DNA of 64,000 nt, taken from Promethearchaeia archaeon. GTDB taxonomy: Archaea > Asgardarchaeota > Lokiarchaeia > Sigyniarchaeales > SOKP01. A program made the position numbers and the translations under genes. The stretch lies in assembly GCA_029856125.1 (NCBI GenBank), contig JAHQWJ010000120.1, positions 96,001-160,000 of the forward strand, in the 5' to 3' direction. Of the stretch, positions 58,351 to 64,000 are shown piece by piece; the stretch's first letter is position 1; every line of letters starts with the position of its first letter. The notes under the pieces are model-generated. The model saw nothing but the letters and a program-made list of their open reading frames with translations, was not told where the DNA came from and made no database searches.

Positions 58351-59022
58351 ATGAGTAGAACTTTCATAACGAATCAAAGATACATACAAATAGCTTTCAA
58401 TCATTCAGCGACAGATGTTTTAAGAATCTTACCCAACATACCATACGACCCACGCGTAATCATAGAAGCTGGAACGCCGTTCATTAAAAGGGAAGGAATT
58501 GCCGGAATAAGATTGATTCGAAGACTTTGGCAGGGACTACTCGTTGCGGATTTAAAGGTTACAGATGGAGCATACGAAGAAGTAAAATTTGCACATGCTT
58601 CAGGAGCTAATGCAGTTACTGCAGCTGGAACCGCGCCAACAGAAACTCTGGATTTCTTTAATGAAATCTGTGAAAGAAATGGATTATTCTCTATGATCGA
58701 TATGCTTGGTCAGGAAAATCCTTTGCGTAAATTGCAACCATTAAAATTTAAACCAAAAGCAGTGGTAATTCATAAAGGTAGAGACGAAGAAATAAATCCA
58801 CGAAGTATTATCAGATACAAAGATATCAATAAGGTCCGCTCAAAATACGGTGTATTTGTGTCTGTAGCGGGTGGTTTAGATCACGATTCGGTAAGAAAAG
58901 CTTATTTCAACGGAGCAGATATAGCAATTTTAAATATAGTTAAATCATCAGATAAGAACAGAGGATTACTAGAAACAATGAATTTTAGATCACTGATTCC
59001 CTCAATTCTAAAAGAAGTTTAA
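58351..59022 (+). CDS. OMPDC/HUMPS superfamily protein, 3-hexulose-6-phosphate synthase-like
   Basis: IIEAGTPFIKREG, ADLKVTDG, VAGGL; ATG 58351 follows GGAGGG SD (ORF track starts 58336). Confidence 0.8.
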   Translation: MSRTFITNQRYIQIAFNHSATDVLRILPNIPYDPRVIIEAGTPFIKREGIAGIRLIRRLWQGLLVADLKVTDGAYEEVKFAHASGANAVTAAGTAPTETLDFFNEICERNGLFSMIDMLGQENPLRKLQPLKFKPKAVVIHKGRDEEINPRSIIRYKDINKVRSKYGVFVSVAGGLDHDSVRKAYFNGADIAILNIVKSSDKNRGLLETMNFRSLIPSILKEV

Positions 59023-59042
59023 TTAAGTAATTTAATTTCTCA

Positions 59043-59053
59043 TTTTTTTTTTT
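59043..59053 (+). terminator. Oligo-T terminator after HPS-like gene
   Basis: T11 run 21 nt after stop. Confidence 0.45.
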
Positions 59054-59392
59054 ATCTATTTTATTACGATCGTATTTTTACAATCTTTACAGAATAATTC
59101 TATGTAATTATGAGATTCCTGTAAGAATAACTTATGTCGTTCTATTTCGCAACTATAGCATTTTTTCTTTCTATAGAAGAAGTTGGGGATTAAAAAATCA
59201 TTAGTTCTTTTTACTCTACTCATAATAAGGAAAAATCAAGATTTTTATATAAATCCCGCCTCAGTAATGATTTCTTGTTTTTAAAATATAAAAACTGAAT
59301 CTTTTTTTGGAACTTTAGTTTATAATAAACGATTTACTGGATACTTTTCTTAACTAAAATATGGATGATTATATAAATTTCCAAAGAAAATT

Positions 59393-60376
59393 GTGAGAAA
59401 CATAATGGGACAGCAAAAAGAAGTAACTAATTATGATGCTCTGATAACATTTCAGAATGTCTCAAAAAGTTATAATAAATCTTTAGCATTAGACAATATC
59501 TCCTTCACTATAAATAAAGGAGATGTGTTTGGGTACATTGGACCTAATGGAGCGGGCAAAACCACAACAATTAAGATATTGGTAGGACTGATAAGGGATT
59601 ACATTGGGAAAGTGTATATCGAAGGGAAGGATATATCAGAAATTCGGCAGGAAATTTATAAGATACTTGGTTATCATCCACAAGAAGCAGGATTTCAAAG
59701 CTGGCGTACGGTAGAACATGCTCTAAGAACTTTTGGGCGATTATCGGGATTGAAACATGATCATCTTGAATTAAAAATCACAGAAGTATTAAAATTTGTT
59801 AATTTAGAAGAAGTCAGGAATAAAAAAATAATCCATTTATCGGGAGGAATGCTACAGAAATTAAGGTTAGCTCAAGCACTTTTAAATGATCCTCAGGTTT
59901 TAGTACTTGATGAACCCTTATCTGGACTTGATCCAAGTAGTAGGTATCAGGTAAAAAACCTTATTAAATCTCTAAGTCTTCGGGGGATTACAATATTTTT
60001 TTCCTCCCATATTTTGTCTGATATTCAAGATATTTCTAACAAGATTGGTATTTTAAATAAGGGGAGAGTAATCAAGATTGGAGATCCTAACGAGATGCAA
60101 AGTGAGTTCCTCATAGGTAATATTATAGAAATAGTATATACCGAAGTAGGAAATCCTTGCCAAAATTTAGAACAAATTGATGGAGTTGAAAAGGTCGAAT
60201 TAGGAGCTCCTAGCAAACAATTTATTCATTTAGGAGTAAACGCAGATTTAGATAATACTATTCAAAAAATACTTAGATCAATAACAGATCAAAACTGTAA
60301 GATGCGAAATTTTCAAATTCTTAAACCAAGTTTGGAGGAAGTTTATTTAAAATACATTAAAGGTGATATCAAATGA
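59393..60376 (+). CDS. ABC-2 type exporter ATP-binding protein
   Basis: GPNGAGKTT, LSGGMLQK, LDEPLSGLDP, SSHIL, PSLEEVYL; start may be ATG 59405. Confidence 0.92.
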   Translation: MRNIMGQQKEVTNYDALITFQNVSKSYNKSLALDNISFTINKGDVFGYIGPNGAGKTTTIKILVGLIRDYIGKVYIEGKDISEIRQEIYKILGYHPQEAGFQSWRTVEHALRTFGRLSGLKHDHLELKITEVLKFVNLEEVRNKKIIHLSGGMLQKLRLAQALLNDPQVLVLDEPLSGLDPSSRYQVKNLIKSLSLRGITIFFSSHILSDIQDISNKIGILNKGRVIKIGDPNEMQSEFLIGNIIEIVYTEVGNPCQNLEQIDGVEKVELGAPSKQFIHLGVNADLDNTIQKILRSITDQNCKMRNFQILKPSLEEVYLKYIKGDIK

Positions 60377-61035
60377 GTTTAAAGATATTGTTCGCAGACG
60401 AATTAAAAGGATTCTACAAATCAAAGGTGATGATTGTGCTATGGGTTGGATTACCGCTCTTATCATTATTATTTCATTATATCGTACCTGACACTGAGGG
60501 AATTCCAATTTCTTCCATCGTGGCAATAATTTTATCAAGTATTGGTGGAACACTTGGCTCTGCTATGTTGAGTACCTCTATTGCAAGCGAAAAAATGCGG
60601 CATGTTTATGATTTGTTCTTAATTCGACCAGTTAAACGCACAAGTATCCTTTTAGCAAAATTCTTTTCCGTGTATTTCTGCCTAATTATTGCTACAGGCA
60701 TTTCTCTAACACTCGGACTTATTCTAGATCAGATATTTATAGGGAATCTTCCTGAGTTCGTACTAAATCAAACTATTGAGTCATTAACAATCAGTATAGC
60801 GGCTATGGCAATTTCTTGTTCGATAGGTATATTTTTTGGGATAATTGTTTCATCTGTCCCTGTTGCTACGATATTGTCAGTTTATATAGGTAATCAAATC
60901 TCAGCTATCTCAATTTTACCAACATTATTCCTAGATTTTATCGATCCTATTATCTTCTCTTTACTAGTTGGTTCCATAGCAGCAGTAATTATGCTTACCT
61001 TAAGCAGTGTATTATTTTCGAGGAAACAATTCTAA
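60373..61035 (+). CDS. ABC-2 type exporter permease
   Basis: 6 TM, SIASEK...RPVKRTSILLAKF; overlaps ATPase stop. Confidence 0.85.
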   Translation: MSLKILFADELKGFYKSKVMIVLWVGLPLLSLLFHYIVPDTEGIPISSIVAIILSSIGGTLGSAMLSTSIASEKMRHVYDLFLIRPVKRTSILLAKFFSVYFCLIIATGISLTLGLILDQIFIGNLPEFVLNQTIESLTISIAAMAISCSIGIFFGIIVSSVPVATILSVYIGNQISAISILPTLFLDFIDPIIFSLLVGSIAAVIMLTLSSVLFSRKQF

Positions 61036-61062
61036 ATAACTTGTGATGTTAGAAAATTTGAA

Positions 61063-61440
61063 TTAAATCTTAACTTTTTCAAGTTCTTTAGTCCACTTAT
61101 CCAAAGAAGTGACCCACCATGCAGCAGCATCTTCCTCTCCTTCTTGGTTTGTAAATACTACTTTCAACAGTTTTCTAAATGCAGATTTATGTAAAAACGA
61201 TTTCGTAATTTCGATATTTAATACGGAACTAATGGGGATTTGCAGAATTTTTTTTGGAATCCACATTTCAAAATATAAATCCTCTGCAGAAAGGATCAAT
61301 ACTCCATTTCCTCTAACTTGGGTAGATTTACGGGATTGTTGACCAAAGAAATTAGCATTGTCCGATGATAAAATAATGCTTTTATCTTTAAACTTATCCA
61401 AAATCTCATTAATTCGTCTTTGAAATAATTTCTTTACCAT
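61063..61440 (-). CDS. Hypothetical protein, possible PH/GRAM-like fold
   Basis: GNGVLILSAEDLYF...IPISSV..IE beta pattern with C-terminal W-containing helix. Confidence 0.6.
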   Translation of the reverse strand: MVKKLFQRRINEILDKFKDKSIILSSDNANFFGQQSRKSTQVRGNGVLILSAEDLYFEMWIPKKILQIPISSVLNIEITKSFLHKSAFRKLLKVVFTNQEGEEDAAAWWVTSLDKWTKELEKVKI

Positions 61441-61484
61441 TTTATCTCAACTTCCTCATTTTGCTTTTTTTTTGATATATTTAT

Positions 61485-63050
61485 TTATTGATCTTGTAGA
61501 AAGTCCTCTTTTTTTGGATAATTTACATCAAATGCACTAAGCAATGGGAGGAACCTTTCTAGTCGTCTTAAAAACGACTCAAAATTTTTTTTATTTTTAG
61601 GTGTCCATCCCGTTTCTGCAACAGCAATTAATCTTGGAAAGGCTTGCCATTCTAACTTATCATTATTTTTAACATACTCAGTCCATAAACAGGCTTCAAG
61701 GCCTAATATTTTCTTATGAAATTTTTCTTCTAAATTGCTTGGAATAGGATCATAGTTATATGTCTGATGGAGTGGAATTAGTCTGTAAGGATAATCAAAA
61801 TAAAGAGCTTTCATTTCCGACATCACAACTTCTCTCCCTTTTCTTATATGCTCTAAAACTTTATCAAAATAATTTGTCCAATATTGACATAACGCGTTAT
61901 CAATAAGATTATCGTTAAGAATTTCGTTCCATCCTATTATCTGTCTTCCTTTAAGCCCTAGATAATCTGCAATTCTATTCGTAAAATATTCTTGTAAATT
62001 TTCTACACTTCCAAGGCTCTCTTCTTTAATACGAGCTTGGCAATCAAAACATCTTTTCCACCTCCTAGTAGGAGCTTCATCGCCACCAATATGAATTATG
62101 CTGGAAGGGAAAATCCCAATAATTTCGTTTAAAACATTTTGAATAAATTCAAAAACCTTTTCTTTTCCTATACAAAGTACATCTTTATGAATCCCAAACC
62201 GAGTACTAACTTTAAATGGCCCGCCTGTACAACTCAACTCGGGATAAACTGCGAGAACTGCCGTTGTGTGCCCGGGAAAATCTAATTCGGGAATAATTGT
62301 AATAAAACGCTCAGTTGCGTATTGAATCAGTTCACGAAGATCTTGTTGTGAGTAATAACCCGATACGGGAATTTCATCTATAGGGGCTTTAATTTTTTGA
62401 TTACTTCTTAAAAATCGTTGTGAAGTTATTGTTCCCTCCCGTTTTGAGCCGATTTCTGTAAGTAGTGGATATTTCTTTATTTCTATTCGCCAACCTTGAT
62501 CATCTGTGAGGTGCCAGTGAAATGTATTTAATTTTAAGAGAGCCATTAGATCCAAAATTTTTTTCACTTGTTTTTTTCCAAAAAAGTGGCGCGATTCGTC
62601 TAACATGAAACCTCGCCATTTAAAACGAGGGAAATCTTCAATTGCGACGCAAGGGATAGAAAATCCTAAAGAAATCTTATCTCCTTTCAAAGCTCTATTG
62701 GGGATTAGTTGAAGTAGCGTTTGGATACCATAAAAGACCCCGACTGATGTGGTTGCAGATATAATGATGTTCTCTTTTGAAACTAAAAGAGAATACCTCT
62801 CAGAATTATTTAATTCTTTTTCATTAGAAGTTTTAAGTATTATTGAGTTTTTTCCTTCATTGCTTTCTGAGGATTTATGAAAAGCTAGAATCAACCCGTA
62901 CTGTAAAGCTAATACTTGTTTCAAATATTCACCATTTCTTGTAGATGTTAAATCCACTTGAATGGTAGTTTTTTGACTAAGGAGAAATACCCCATCATTT
63001 AATGAAACTTTCGCAGGTTCAGGAATTATTTTCAGCTCTTCTTCAATCAT
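61485..63050 (-). CDS. Beta-N-acetylhexosaminidase (GH20)
   Basis: DFPRFKWRGFMLDESRHF, HWHLTDDQGWR, HIGGDE, YFDY, CLWTE; no signal peptide. Confidence 0.95.
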   Translation of the reverse strand: MIEEELKIIPEPAKVSLNDGVFLLSQKTTIQVDLTSTRNGEYLKQVLALQYGLILAFHKSSESNEGKNSIILKTSNEKELNNSERYSLLVSKENIIISATTSVGVFYGIQTLLQLIPNRALKGDKISLGFSIPCVAIEDFPRFKWRGFMLDESRHFFGKKQVKKILDLMALLKLNTFHWHLTDDQGWRIEIKKYPLLTEIGSKREGTITSQRFLRSNQKIKAPIDEIPVSGYYSQQDLRELIQYATERFITIIPELDFPGHTTAVLAVYPELSCTGGPFKVSTRFGIHKDVLCIGKEKVFEFIQNVLNEIIGIFPSSIIHIGGDEAPTRRWKRCFDCQARIKEESLGSVENLQEYFTNRIADYLGLKGRQIIGWNEILNDNLIDNALCQYWTNYFDKVLEHIRKGREVVMSEMKALYFDYPYRLIPLHQTYNYDPIPSNLEEKFHKKILGLEACLWTEYVKNNDKLEWQAFPRLIAVAETGWTPKNKKNFESFLRRLERFLPLLSAFDVNYPKKEDFLQDQ

Positions 63051-63344
63051 AATATTAACTTCCGTTTAAAAATTTAATAGAAACAGACAAGATGGTTAAT
63101 CGTAAAGAATTTGCTTTCGAATAAAAACGTTATTTATCAAGCGAATTTCTTCCGAAATAAGATATCTTAAAATTTAATCGTACTATACAATGAAGTTCTT
63201 TCGTTAAATTGCCAGATAAAGAGAAAAAAAAGAAGCAAAAACACTTTCAATATTAATCACATAACTTTTTATGTGGAATGGTGATAAGTTTAAGTAAGAA
63301 GTTTAAATCAAAAAATAAACTTAAAAAAAACTGAAACGTTTTTT

Positions 63345-63782
63345 ATGAATTTTTGTCCTCAATGTGGAACTAAAATTGTAGCTTCCTGGAATGTGTGCCC
63401 TAATTGTGGACATAATCTCAAATCAGAGTTAGTAAATCAACAACCAACCTACGATCGAATTCCTAAAGAAACTTATTCTCAACAGAAACCCCAGTATCAA
63501 GTACGCCAATATCAACCTTATAATTATCGTCAGAGAAGTAATAACACAAATGGAATAGTTGCCCTAATTTTTGGACTATTGGGATTATTTGGCGTTATAC
63601 CCGTAATAGGTTCAATCATTGGCATCGTTCTTGGTGCCGTTGGTAAAAATAAAGATGACGATCCGAGAATGGCAAAAGCAGGCTTAATTATTGGCATTAT
63701 TGGAATTGTAATATGGATAGCCTTATATATATGGCTATTTTCGATGATATTTATGATGTTTAGGTATATGCCAATGGATTGA
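63345..63782 (+). CDS. Zinc-ribbon + DUF4190-like 2-TM membrane protein
   Basis: FCPQCG..CPNCG, Q/Y/P-rich linker, ALIFGLLG..AKAGLIIGIIG. Confidence 0.8.
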   Translation: MNFCPQCGTKIVASWNVCPNCGHNLKSELVNQQPTYDRIPKETYSQQKPQYQVRQYQPYNYRQRSNNTNGIVALIFGLLGLFGVIPVIGSIIGIVLGAVGKNKDDDPRMAKAGLIIGIIGIVIWIALYIWLFSMIFMMFRYMPMD

Positions 63783-63925
63783 GCTTTTTTATTTGAAAAG
63801 ATTGAAAAGTAATATGAAACTAGTCTATCAATTTTACTTTTATTACTAAATTTGTCGGGACTCTTCTTTTATTATTTTTATCTGCTTTTATATCTATATT
63901 AATAAAATACACGGATTTGAATAGA

Positions 63926-64000
63926 ATGAGTTTAGAATTATTAAGTAAAAATCCTTCAGGATTGGAGAAAGAAGCAAACTATCTTATTTCAAATGTTTCT
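63926..64000 (+). CDS. Possible 5' end of a CDS running off the window
   Basis: ATG at 63926, open for 25 codons (MSLELLSKNPSGLEKEANYLISNVS). Confidence 0.4.
   Translation, partial: MSLELLSKNPSGLEKEANYLISNVS

Noticed and set aside
59064-59075. TTACGATCGTAT near-match to the operator
   Set aside because: One mismatch, over 300 nt from the next start and next to a terminator; chance match plausible
59023-59392. 370-nt gap as possible RNA gene or missed CDS
   Set aside because: AT-rich, no GC-rich stems or credible ORF
1603-61342. Numerous 60-116-aa ORFs in the track overlapping longer genes (e.g. 1603-1806, 8206-8472, 16157-16429, 45043-45348, 48862-49212, 49534-49839)
   Set aside because: Antisense or off-frame shadows of well-supported CDSs, with no motifs
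1-64000. CRISPR arrays, IS elements, integrases, rRNA/tRNA, in-frame Sec/Pyl readthrough
   Set aside because: None recognised by eye; genes appear full length and no regularly spaced repeats were seen

Overview
AT-rich (about 30% GC by eye), gene-dense archaeal DNA, most likely an Asgard archaeon of the Lokiarchaeia type (inference from IPG(F/M)-TM-basic C-terminal sorting tails, AbrB-PhoU regulator, archaeal ThrRS editing domain, oligo-T terminators). Bases 1-41 kb form a lipid/ester catabolism and uptake island: acyl-CoA dehydrogenase, CoA-transferase, Fe-ADH, several esterases and acyl-CoA ligases, and two paralogous Opp/Dpp-type ABC importer cassettes. These cassettes are unusual: both ATPases carry N-terminal multi-TM domains, OppB has an extra TM hairpin, and a conserved small membrane protein heads each operon. 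Each cassette is followed by a gene fusing an AbrB/SpoVT-like DNA-binding domain to an acyl-CoA-ligase fold whose catalytic motifs are altered identically in both copies (P-loop S->E, A10 K->E). A palindrome WTTAC-N4-GTAAW occurs in seven intergenic regions of the island, including 41-42 nt upstream of both fusion genes. The best candidate novel system is therefore a pseudo-ligase one-component regulator with its operator and a lipid-uptake regulon. Several genes appear to start at AUA/AUU. Bases 41-64 kb are mostly housekeeping or accessory: carAB, PAP2, phoU, ABC exporters, glnA, Lrp, ThrRS editing domain, EFR1 ferredoxin, SPFH, HPS-like, GH20. No rRNA, tRNA, CRISPR or mobile element was recognised.
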